Shown: piece after piece, positions 31,201 through 38,577 of the stretch
Numbering within the stretch: position 1 is the first letter of the stretch
Layout of the letters: the number at the start of each line of letters is the position of its first letter
Source: a virus
Strand: one strand, 5' to 3'
IMG/VR virus record: IMGVR_UViG_3300042564_002580
Location: 53,028 to 117,027 of that record
Length of the DNA stretch: 64,000 bases
Translations under genes and position numbers: made by a program
The notes under the pieces: generated by a model
What the model saw: the letters and a program-made list of their open reading frames with translations, nothing else
Database searches by the model: none
What the model was told of the DNA's origin: nothing

Positions 31201-31978
31201 TATTAATTCAAGCTGTAATGTTTTGTCTACCAGAGAAGTTAGTGGTTTTGAAATAGAATACAGAAACTGTAGCACTATTAATACTATTAATACAATTAAT
31301 ACTATTAATACAATTAATACTATTAATACAATTAACACTATTAATACTATTAACACAATTAACACTATTAATACAATTAATACTATTAACACTATTAATA
31401 CAATTAACACTATTAACACTATTAATACAATTAATACTATTAACACTATTAATACAATTAATACAATTGATTCAGGCGGCGGCGGCGGATGTCACGTATT
31501 TGGTACACAAATACAAATGTTTGACGGAACATTTAAAAACATTGAAGATTTATATATTGGGGATGAAATCATGGCGGCTAATATACCAGGCTTAGATGAT
31601 AATGAATTAGATATTAATAATCTATTATTATGGTCATCTGAAGACATTTCTGAAACAACAAAAACTTCTGCTATGGTTACAAATATATTTACTAGATCAT
31701 ATGGACAATACTACCTTATTAATGATACAATTAAAATAACTTATGAGCATATAGTTCCTGCACGTAAATCTGGGGTATGGAAATTTATTCAAATTGAAGA
31801 ATTAGAAATTGGAGACAATATTATGAGTGATACGTTAGACGTAGTCGAAGTAGCATCTAAAATATTAATAAATGAAGATGTAGAGACTATATCAATAAAC
31901 ATTGAAACAAAAGACGTTTATTTTGTTGATGGCTTAATGGCACACAATATTAATCCAGATAAGATGCAGGAAACATAA
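28280..31978 (+). CDS. Tail-associated adhesin-like protein: FN3 + 7 Cys-rich TSP1-like repeats + (TIN)21 + C-terminal Hint domain
   Basis: Domain motifs read directly from the translation; see findings. Confidence 0.8.
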   Translation: MSWWRKANLNDAGNIDGWIKIRSIWRKTNLGDAGSTDGWLRIRSAWRFQGLNALGAGIWYKIFGGESPYPKENPKLIFVSPDSSTSEIQCTQQDKMYVTRGKWYEDPLSFLIKIQRSIISNWDAPTTLVSQELEYTTYLDSDYLDEVPKLPADRPTITLDDVKAKRGFRAQVQAGQDANPTESDYALATSWYPSPTGIFPRLTFGFTTYSTGDQIVEDETISMPEFKIFGFKWQYLTSSAASYPNGQYFPSSRTDEFIGKQIIELTDFYGVRIGALQEVDVLPIHQYSGSITYTQAMIDSGDDYIINVYSVAKDYYYNSGLSLDGHISDPNETSRIASYVFTPPREIENPEITISNRTKSSVDISWYSPDAERYKVNIIDSITGNSLPGYPLTSTTNTSASPFGLTENRLYTVLVTALAGEGDKYKSDEVSKSFRTLSSGIAAELGMPYDITSTGYKVDITNWSTISSFDITVSATSGSATRSSEVISVSNVTSGANSCLTATTSKIDNINLTSVSYESKESAARCIVIGGTWYCLSLVTGGLCSKSTETYDKTINGSYYAIVCSQTDNLCCPSVVLEPKVYGEWVTGLCTVAPQDPQRTRTRTWTQIQKTTAQNCVITNVELSGVDIEQIDCCVPTSTLGAKTYGTPNAWGTCNLNTGQIGRTVPWTATKTNFTRDCTTTTTEESGLEVQYKDCCTASSSLGTKTYSDWSPYGSCIQGERASYRTWTAIQTNNTINCTTTSNEVNGTEYRYTSCCTAGCTLGTKTYGDWSAYGSCVQGERRRQRSWTAINTCIDSSCNIISQNELNSVEYEYTSCCVQSCTTGAKTYGAWTAYGSCIQGERARSRSWTATQSCFTTSCTNTTETISGTDFEYTGCCTASSTTGTKTYGAWTAYGSCIQGERARSRSWTAIQTNIDSSCNTTTTEVNGTDFEYTSCCTAGCTTGDRSYSPWGSWGSCSQGEQARIRTWTAIETCINSSCNVLSTREVSGFEIEYRNCSTINTINTINTINTINTINTINTINTINTINTINTINTINTINTINTINTINTINTINTINTINTIDSGGGGGCHVFGTQIQMFDGTFKNIEDLYIGDEIMAANIPGLDDNELDINNLLLWSSEDISETTKTSAMVTNIFTRSYGQYYLINDTIKITYEHIVPARKSGVWKFIQIEELEIGDNIMSDTLDVVEVASKILINEDVETISINIETKDVYFVDGLMAHNINPDKMQET
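29990..31270 (+). repeat. Seven ~180-nt (~60-aa) Cys-rich tandem repeats
   Basis: Each unit reads CC..G.KTY..W..YGSC.QGER.R.R.WTA....C; 74 identical nt at 30755-30828 and 30935-31008. Confidence 0.92.
31274..31468 (+). repeat. 9-nt coding tandem repeat ACW-ATT-AAY encoding (Thr-Ile-Asn)x21 plus Thr-Ile
   Basis: 195 nt; variation only at synonymous third positions. Confidence 0.95.
31490..31948 (+). other. Hint (intein-like/BIL-type) autoprocessing domain, 153 aa
   Basis: Cys1 (CHVFGTQI..DG..KNIEDL.IGD), block B TYEH, terminal YFVDGLMAHN; +1 residue is Ile. Confidence 0.88.
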
Positions 31979-32556
31979 TGGTGCAAGATTTAGGTAATAA
32001 TATATTCATGTACAAGAATGTTATAGGCTCAGACTTAGATATATTAAAAGAAGTTAATTCTATATTTGTCACTTACAATAGAGGATTTGCAGAGTCTACA
32101 ATGAATGATGGCGATTACGATAAAGCTCTTAGGTCCTGCACCGTCTTTTCATTGTATACAAATAAACAAGAAGACGTTGACTACAATAATTTAAAGAAGA
32201 TATTAAATAAAAAAATAGATATTGCTCTTTCAGGATGCATACTGGATTTTGTTAAAAAATCTGGAATAAAGATTAAAGAAAGAGAACCCTGGGAAATATT
32301 GAAATATGAAAAAGGCCAGATGGTTACTTGGCATTGTGATGATGGGGAAGTTCACCCATCAAAAATATCATTCGTTTACTACATAAATGATGATTACGAA
32401 GGCGGAGAGATACAGTTTAAGAATAAGGTGTACACTATGCCAATAAAGCCATCTAGAGATAGCCTTATTGTTTTTCCTTCAGGCATGGACTATATACATA
32501 GAGTTACTCCAGTAACAGAGGGAACAAAATATTCAGTAATATCTTTTGGGAAATAG
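31978..32556 (+). CDS. 2OG-Fe(II) oxygenase (P4H-like)
   Basis: WHCD, YINDDYEGGEIQF, HRVTPVTEGTKYS. Confidence 0.9.
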   Translation: MVQDLGNNIFMYKNVIGSDLDILKEVNSIFVTYNRGFAESTMNDGDYDKALRSCTVFSLYTNKQEDVDYNNLKKILNKKIDIALSGCILDFVKKSGIKIKEREPWEILKYEKGQMVTWHCDDGEVHPSKISFVYYINDDYEGGEIQFKNKVYTMPIKPSRDSLIVFPSGMDYIHRVTPVTEGTKYSVISFGK

Positions 32557-32618
32557 GTAAAATAAGGTAGACAAAATTTTAACTAAATGCTAGAATATTA
32601 TAATGTTACGGAGATATT

Positions 32619-32852
32619 GTGAATAAATCAGATATGCAAGGAAGCACATATATGGTGCTTGTTGATGGTGAGTACGCTGGGTGGTTTAACATTGCTGGCC
32701 CTGGAACCGATCTATTAAGAGCTGGTCTTTCAAGCACACCAATTTTAGTAGATATGGAAGACATTGAAATTGATATTCCAGATTTACCAAAAGCTGGTGC
32801 TAATTATTTTTGGAACGGTAAGTCTTTTGAATTGAGAGAAATAAATGGCTAG
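32619..32852 (+). CDS. Hypothetical protein (possible fibre accessory)
   Basis: GTG start with GGAG RBS; C-terminal YFWNGKSF; TAGACA-17-TAGAAT promoter-like site upstream. Confidence 0.6.
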   Translation: MNKSDMQGSTYMVLVDGEYAGWFNIAGPGTDLLRAGLSSTPILVDMEDIEIDIPDLPKAGANYFWNGKSFELREING

Positions 32853-33081
32853 CAAGTGGGAGCAGGTTAAAAAGCTTGTGAACTCTAATGAAGTCAAGCC
32901 ATGGGACTTTTTGAACCCAAATACTGAATATGCATCTGAAGAAGATTCGTCTTATAGATATTCATTGTGCCAAGCCTGTCCTAAATTTAATAATGGTGTA
33001 AAGACTTGCCAAGAGTGCGGATGCTTTATGCCAGCAAAAACAAAGCTACAGGGCGCCACCTGCCCTATAGGTAAATGGTAA
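32845..33081 (+). CDS. Small Cys-rich protein, DUF6171-like
   Basis: R..LC..CP......C..CGCFM.AKTKL...CPIGKW. Confidence 0.7.
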   Translation: MASKWEQVKKLVNSNEVKPWDFLNPNTEYASEEDSSYRYSLCQACPKFNNGVKTCQECGCFMPAKTKLQGATCPIGKW

Positions 33082-33107
33082 TGGTATAATATAAATAGGA
33101 GGTAATC

Positions 33108-33329
33108 ATGTCAGAATACACACTATCAAATGAAGAAAAAAGCTCCATCCTTGAGTCACACCTAAGAACACTTGGATACTCTAAGTATAACCTTGAGGTA
33201 AATCTAATGGAAGAAGAGTCAGCGACTACTCCAGCTGCAGATGCAATTGCAGCGGTAAACGCACAGATAGCTTCAGTAAACAAAAAAATAGCAGCACTTG
33301 TCGAAGAGCTAGCTTCCTTATCAGAATAA
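33108..33329 (+). CDS. Hypothetical coiled-coil protein
   Basis: AGGAGG RBS, TGGTATAAT upstream. Confidence 0.7.
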   Translation: MSEYTLSNEEKSSILESHLRTLGYSKYNLEVNLMEEESATTPAADAIAAVNAQIASVNKKIAALVEELASLSE

Positions 33330-33340
33330 ATTAGGTAAAA

Positions 33341-33529
33341 ATGTCTTCAAAAGAAGAATTAATTATTACGGCCATGCAGCAAAGAATTGCTGAGCTGGTT
33401 GCTGATTACGAATTAAAGATTTCAATACTTAGAGCAGACCTAACAATAATGTCAGATGCCCAAAGAGAAAAAGAAAAAGCATTAGAAGAATACTCTAAGG
33501 GTATAGAAAATAAAATCTCGGAGGAATAA
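33341..33529 (+). CDS. Hypothetical coiled-coil protein
   Basis: 62-aa helical ORF coupled to the next gene. Confidence 0.65.
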   Translation: MSSKEELIITAMQQRIAELVADYELKISILRADLTIMSDAQREKEKALEEYSKGIENKISEE

Positions 33530-33951
33530 TGACTGTAACGTTTCAAGATGGAGAGCCAGTAGACCCAAAAAAATTACAGGACCTACAAACTCAAATAGAT
33601 AACATTAAGCTTAAGTCCGATGAGTCTTATAACCTAAGTACAAGCACTGCAAACAGCGTCACCAGCCTAGCCGTAATGCATTTAAAAGCTGGTGTTGTTA
33701 CTTTTGAAAATGGATTAACAGGTGGCAAGGTAAACACCATAGAGATAGAGTTGGGCTGGGGAGCAGATTATGAAGTTGCATACGTTGTAGCAACTCCAAG
33801 ACTTCAAGATCCTAAGACTAATAACATAAGATGGTCACTTTCTGGAAACTCAGCAAACACAAAGCTAAATGTTTTTGCTGAAAAAACTATATCTGGTGCA
33901 ATTAATTTTCACTGGATGAGTGCAGGTAAAAAGATTATAACAGCACCGTAA
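33529..33951 (+). CDS. Hypothetical (possible small fibre/virion protein)
   Basis: GGAGG RBS; N-terminal FQDGEPVDPKKL coil then beta domain ending FHWMSAG. Confidence 0.6.
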   Translation: MTVTFQDGEPVDPKKLQDLQTQIDNIKLKSDESYNLSTSTANSVTSLAVMHLKAGVVTFENGLTGGKVNTIEIELGWGADYEVAYVVATPRLQDPKTNNIRWSLSGNSANTKLNVFAEKTISGAINFHWMSAGKKIITAP

Positions 33952-33959
33952 AGTGCCTA

Positions 33960-34019
33960 TTGACACATTGATTTAATATGTTACAATTACTATAACGTTA
34001 AGCCACGATATCGTGGCTT
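33960..34019 (+). promoter_or_regulatory. Promoter TTGACA-16-TACAAT (extended TG) followed by a perfect 20-bp palindrome
   Basis: TTGACA at 33960, TACAAT at 33982, AAGCCACGATATCGTGGCTT at 34000-34019; start of the replication block. Confidence 0.65.
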
Positions 34020-34040
34020 TTATATATATTAAGGGTTTTA

Positions 34041-34841
34041 ATGAGCAACGATTTAAAGTGGATGATATCATCCGATCAACAATTTCCGTATCAAGATGAT
34101 AAAATGATTGCGCTTTGGTTCAAGGTTATGAAGTGGTTTAAGCCAGATGTTGTGGACTACCTTGGAGACACTGATGACCAAGCTTGTTACAGCAAGTATA
34201 CAGAGGGTCGTTCCGCAGAATTTTTAAATCTTCATAAGACTGATAGCCGAGACCTTATTGTCCCAATGATGCGTCATGAAGCAAAAGGGGCTAGAGATTT
34301 TTACACAAAGACAAGAGAGATGCTTCCAGAGGCTCAGCTTTTTTCAGCACTAGGAAACCACGACGTTAGAATTTTTAACTATGTTGATGCAAAGCTTCCT
34401 GACTATATTAATGAAGTTACTCCAGAAGCACTATGGGGGCTAGACTCTTTAGGATATGAATATATCCACTATAACGAATTACCAAAGCGACGCTTTGGGG
34501 ATATCCACGTTCACCATGGACTTTCAATTGCATCAACTGGATCTGTTCGTAAAGATATGGAAGACCTTCAGATATCATTAATAAGAGGCCACTCTCATAG
34601 AATTGCTTCTCATTTAGTTACATACGAATTAAGAAACAATGGCGAAGGAGAAACTCTTCGTGGCTATGAGCTTGGTCACATGTGTGATGAAAAGGGACCA
34701 GGAATGAAATATATGCAACATCATGATTGGCAAAAGGGGTTTGCTGTTGCACACATTGTAAATGATTACCCACATATTAATATGATTCATGTGGCACCAG
34801 ACTATTCATGTGTTGTTGATGGGAAGCTAATTACGCTATGA
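34041..34841 (+). CDS. Calcineurin-like metallophosphoesterase
   Basis: SDQQ, LGD, GNHD, HHG, GHSHR motifs. Confidence 0.85.
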   Translation: MSNDLKWMISSDQQFPYQDDKMIALWFKVMKWFKPDVVDYLGDTDDQACYSKYTEGRSAEFLNLHKTDSRDLIVPMMRHEAKGARDFYTKTREMLPEAQLFSALGNHDVRIFNYVDAKLPDYINEVTPEALWGLDSLGYEYIHYNELPKRRFGDIHVHHGLSIASTGSVRKDMEDLQISLIRGHSHRIASHLVTYELRNNGEGETLRGYELGHMCDEKGPGMKYMQHHDWQKGFAVAHIVNDYPHINMIHVAPDYSCVVDGKLITL

Positions 34842-35026
34842 TGAAATGCAATAGATGCCAAGGAAGAGTTTTTGTTGACAGAGTATTTTCGCAAAAACTA
34901 CACGTAGAGCTTTTCTGCTTGTTGTGCGGTAAAAGATGGATGATTAATAAGGATACGAGTGCACTAGGTAAATGGTTAGAAAAAAGAGAAAAAATTCAGC
35001 TAAAAGCATTCGGTATTTCTTCTTAA
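34838..35026 (+). CDS. Small zinc-ribbon protein
   Basis: CNRC...CLLCG. Confidence 0.7.
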   Translation: MMKCNRCQGRVFVDRVFSQKLHVELFCLLCGKRWMINKDTSALGKWLEKREKIQLKAFGISS

Positions 35027-35454
35027 ATAACAAGATACATAAAGTATTAAGTCATTCAAGATCTAAAGACCAAATGGTTGCTTGGTGCTATCCAGATAAA
35101 AAGAGATTGCTTTATTCCTATTCACAAGTTTTAAAAACTATGGAGAATGCATATTCAACTAGTCAAGTAGCTCAAATGCTTGGTAAGCATAAGGTAACCA
35201 TAGAAGATTATATTTTGGACGGGAAGATAAGATATCCTCAGAAAGTATATCCAATAGGTAATCCAGATAGTACTTGGTATAAGTTTATGTATAGTGAATC
35301 GGACATTATGGACATACATGAGTTTATATTAGAATCAGGATACTCTAAGGATATGCCATCAAAGAATGAGATGAGAGCTCTTCTCAAACACAACACTATA
35401 TTGTATACTAAGACCAATGAAGGAAATTTTGTACCAGTATGGAAAGCAGAATAA
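34972..35454 (+). CDS. Helix-turn-helix DNA-binding protein (MerR/excisionase-like)
   Basis: YSTSQVAQMLGKHKVTIEDYILDGKI. Confidence 0.7.
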   Translation: MVRKKRKNSAKSIRYFFLNNKIHKVLSHSRSKDQMVAWCYPDKKRLLYSYSQVLKTMENAYSTSQVAQMLGKHKVTIEDYILDGKIRYPQKVYPIGNPDSTWYKFMYSESDIMDIHEFILESGYSKDMPSKNEMRALLKHNTILYTKTNEGNFVPVWKAE

Positions 35455-35561
35455 TGTCTAACAGGGTAGTAGTCTGTGACATATGCAAGAAAGAGATAGA
35501 ATTACGTTGGGGCATCTTTGCTCATGACAGTTTAAGCAGACATAGAAAGGCTGAGCACTAA
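35454..35561 (+). CDS. 35-aa C2H2-like zinc-finger microprotein (not in ORF track)
   Basis: MSNRVVVCDICKKEIELRWGIFAHDSLSRHRKAEH; TAATG overlaps at both ends. Confidence 0.75.
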   Translation: MSNRVVVCDICKKEIELRWGIFAHDSLSRHRKAEH

Positions 35562-35770
35562 TGGAAAAAGGAACTCAAGTTAGAGTAGACTTATCTTTTA
35601 CACGCAACCTTGGTAACTTTGAAAGCATCAAGATTGGTATTGGTGTAGATGATTTTGTGCGAGACGGAGAGACAGTAGATGCCGCAGCAGACAGAGTCTA
35701 TAAGTTTGTTGAAGATAAGCTAATTCAAAAGACACAAGAAGTAGAAGAGGAATTGCGTGGCAGTAAATAA
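35561..35770 (+). CDS. Hypothetical protein
   Basis: TRNLGNFESIKI motif; coupled overlaps. Confidence 0.7.
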   Translation: MEKGTQVRVDLSFTRNLGNFESIKIGIGVDDFVRDGETVDAAADRVYKFVEDKLIQKTQEVEEELRGSK

Positions 35771-36071
35771 AGAACCCTACATTCTTCTTTCTTTGTACTC
35801 TATTCTATATGAGGAGGCTTATAAAACAAAGCCAACTATCAATAGGTATAAGGAAAAATGGGCTATGCAAGATGTTATAGATAGCATAGGGTTTGATAGA
35901 GCTAGAGATGTTTTAGAATATTATTTTAAGACTGGAAAGAATAGACACCCACTTAATTTCTTTTACAATAATTTTGACAGAATAGAAGACATGATGATTC
36001 AAATTAAAGAAGATAAAGTTAACAGAAGCCGTCTGTTGCAAGAAACTAAAAGAATGGTTGAGGATAATTAG
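35757..36071 (+). CDS. Hypothetical protein preceding helicase (possible loader)
   Basis: Coupled to the DnaB-like gene; function inferred from position only. Confidence 0.55.
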   Translation: MAVNKEPYILLSLYSILYEEAYKTKPTINRYKEKWAMQDVIDSIGFDRARDVLEYYFKTGKNRHPLNFFYNNFDRIEDMMIQIKEDKVNRSRLLQETKRMVEDN

Positions 36072-37306
36072 TGAATACAGAAGCAGAGCTAATTTCAGCA
36101 GTTTGTAAAAACAAAGACATAAGCACCATTCTTGCAGATAATTCAGACGACCTGTTTGTATCCCATAAGGATATCTGGGAAGGCCTTAAGTCATACTACT
36201 ATAAATTTAGGGCAGTGCCAGAAGCTACAATTCTACAGGATAAGTTTAAAGACTTTGAGCCAGTTGAAACAAAAGGAGAAACTGGTTATTACCTAGATAA
36301 ATTAAAAAATGAATTTGTAGGGAATAAGTTGAAGACTATTCTTATGCAAGCAGGCTCATCTCTAAAAGAAGACGCACCCTCAAGAGTTCTTGGCACAATG
36401 CAGTCACAACTCGCAACACTAAGTCGATACACAAACAATGTTAAGGATTTAGACATTACAGATTTAGACTCGGCTGAAAGACACTACGAGTCAGTAAGAA
36501 CTAGATCGTTAGCAATGGGAGGAAGCCCAGGAATTTTAACAGGCTTCGATGCAATTGATAAAGCTTATCCAACTGGAATGGCACCAGGCCACCTTATCGT
36601 TGCTATTGGTTGGCCAGGACGCGGTAAGACTTGGTTTACATCTTACCTAGCATGCAAAGCTTGGGAGCAGGGATTTAAGCCAATGATTGTTTCTCTTGAG
36701 ATGGCACCAGAGAATATGCGAGATAGAATTTATACAATGCTTGGCTCTGGTTTATTTAGAGCAAGCGATTTGTCAAAGGGTGACATTAACATTGATGATT
36801 TTAAAACATGGGGAAAAAAGAAGACAGAAGGTAAGAATAGCTTTATCCTAGTTTCAAATGAGGGAGCTGGAGAAGTAACACCTGCAACTATTCAGGGAAA
36901 GATTGACCAGCATAAGCCAGATCTAGTTATCCTTGACTACCATCAGCTGTTCAATGATAATAAGAGAAGTAATTCTGAAGTTGAAAGAAATAGAAATATC
37001 TCAAGAGACTTCAAACTCCTTGCTGTAACAAATGGAATTCCTATTATTGATATTACTGCTGCAACTGCAGATGATATCTCAGATCAAAAAGAACCTCCAA
37101 TGATGAGCCAGGTAGCATGGTCAAAGGCTATTGAGTACGATGCTGATATGGCTATTGCAATTCATAAGCATGCAAATACAGATCTTATTGAGGTTGTATC
37201 TAGAAAGAATAGGCATGGTCACGATTTTAGATTCTTCCTTGACTGGGATATCAATAGAGGAGTCATTACTCCAATCTATGAAGACCTTCCAGAGCTGAGC
37301 AAGTGA
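36071..37306 (+). CDS. dnaB: Replicative DnaB-like helicase
   Basis: TGFDAID, Walker A GWPGRGKT, SLEM, ILDY, IEYDAD, KNRHG. Confidence 0.93.
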   Translation: MNTEAELISAVCKNKDISTILADNSDDLFVSHKDIWEGLKSYYYKFRAVPEATILQDKFKDFEPVETKGETGYYLDKLKNEFVGNKLKTILMQAGSSLKEDAPSRVLGTMQSQLATLSRYTNNVKDLDITDLDSAERHYESVRTRSLAMGGSPGILTGFDAIDKAYPTGMAPGHLIVAIGWPGRGKTWFTSYLACKAWEQGFKPMIVSLEMAPENMRDRIYTMLGSGLFRASDLSKGDINIDDFKTWGKKKTEGKNSFILVSNEGAGEVTPATIQGKIDQHKPDLVILDYHQLFNDNKRSNSEVERNRNISRDFKLLAVTNGIPIIDITAATADDISDQKEPPMMSQVAWSKAIEYDADMAIAIHKHANTDLIEVVSRKNRHGHDFRFFLDWDINRGVITPIYEDLPELSK

Positions 37307-37593
37307 CCCATCAAAATATTAAAAGGTTTCAAATAAGAGTTGAGTTTTTAGATGATTCAGATATGATCAGAATAAAAAAACAATATGATGATTTGCTTGT
37401 AGGCCAAATGAAAGACGCTGGATACACAAGGGTACTTGACATAGACCCAGCTTTTTCGGTAGAATTTGACGGACAAACATGGAAGTTCTTAATGACCCTC
37501 CATGGAGTTTATGTAGGAAAGAAGAAGGCATGGCAATTAGAGGGTATAACCCAAGGCAAATTGATACATCGGAATACTCCTCTGCCCACATAA
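37303..37593 (+). CDS. Hypothetical protein
   Basis: GTGA overlap with the helicase stop. Confidence 0.6.
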   Translation: MTHQNIKRFQIRVEFLDDSDMIRIKKQYDDLLVGQMKDAGYTRVLDIDPAFSVEFDGQTWKFLMTLHGVYVGKKKAWQLEGITQGKLIHRNTPLPT

Positions 37594-38519
37594 AATCAAT
37601 AGTTCAAAGTTTAGGAATAGATATGGTTGGAGAAACTTCCAACGACTTTCTTGCCTATTGTCCATTTCATTCAAATAGACACACCTCAAGCTTTAGTATA
37701 AGTAAAACAAAAGGTGCATATATTTGCTTTAACCCATCATGCGGTGAATCTGGAACAATGAGCGATCTAGTAAAAAAGATTTTAAACAAAAATGAATTTC
37801 AGTCTCTAAGGTATATCGAATCAAAGCAAAATGAAGCTCTAGAAAATTTTGACGAATCCCTTAATGAGATGTTAGAAGACAAGCCAGATTTCGTTGAATT
37901 CCCAGAAGAGACACTAGTTAATTTACACAAAGGTTTGATGAATAGCGATAAAGGAAAAGACTATTTAAAATCTCGCGGTATTGACTTAGATTCAATTAAA
38001 CATTTTTCATTAGGGTATTCGGATAATATGGATATGATAACTGTACCAGTTCATAGTCCAGATGGAATCCCAGTTGGAGTTGTTGGACGATCCATTTCTG
38101 ACAAAAGATTTAAGAATAGCAAAGACCTTCCAAGAAGTAAAACTATGTTTAACATACACCGTGCTAAAAAAATTGGAGATAGGGTTATTGTCGTCGAGTC
38201 TAGCTTTGATGCAATTCGTGTTCACCAAGCTGGCTTTCCAAATGTTGTGGCTACATTGGGTGGTCACATATCTGGACAAAACCTTAACCTGTTAAATAGA
38301 TACTTCAATACAGTTATTATTATGACAGATGCGGATAAGGCTGGAAGAGATTTAGGCTCAACAATTGCATACAAATTAAGTAATAAAAACATCTTGTGGG
38401 CATCGCATTCTTATGGTAGAATATATCCAGAGGGTGTAAAAGATGCAGGTGATATGTCTGATGAAGATATTAAAGCCTGTATAGCAAATGCCATATCTAA
38501 TTTCGAATATAAAAATTAA
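37530..38519 (+). CDS. dnaG: DNA primase (CHC2 zinc finger + TOPRIM)
   Basis: CPFH..CFNPSC, VESSFD, DADKAG, KDAGD; probable start ATG 37530 (track gives 37479). Confidence 0.9.
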   Translation: MAIRGYNPRQIDTSEYSSAHIKSIVQSLGIDMVGETSNDFLAYCPFHSNRHTSSFSISKTKGAYICFNPSCGESGTMSDLVKKILNKNEFQSLRYIESKQNEALENFDESLNEMLEDKPDFVEFPEETLVNLHKGLMNSDKGKDYLKSRGIDLDSIKHFSLGYSDNMDMITVPVHSPDGIPVGVVGRSISDKRFKNSKDLPRSKTMFNIHRAKKIGDRVIVVESSFDAIRVHQAGFPNVVATLGGHISGQNLNLLNRYFNTVIIMTDADKAGRDLGSTIAYKLSNKNILWASHSYGRIYPEGVKDAGDMSDEDIKACIANAISNFEYKN

Positions 38520-38577
38520 ACAATAATATAAGTGATCACAAACGGATATATACCGTTACATACATAAGGAGAATAAA

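Noticed and set aside
31120-31446. Minus-strand ORF encoding (LIV)n
   Set aside because: It is simply the antisense reading of the (TIN)n repeat; synonymous variation fits the + frame and there is no RBS or context
31274-31468. Tandem repeat as a possible CRISPR array or origin iterons
   Set aside because: 9-nt units with no spacers, in frame within a CDS and varying only at wobble positions
31490-31948. Hint domain as a classical mobile intein
   Set aside because: No homing endonuclease, +1 residue is Ile, only 9 residues of C-extein, and it is not in a conserved enzyme motif
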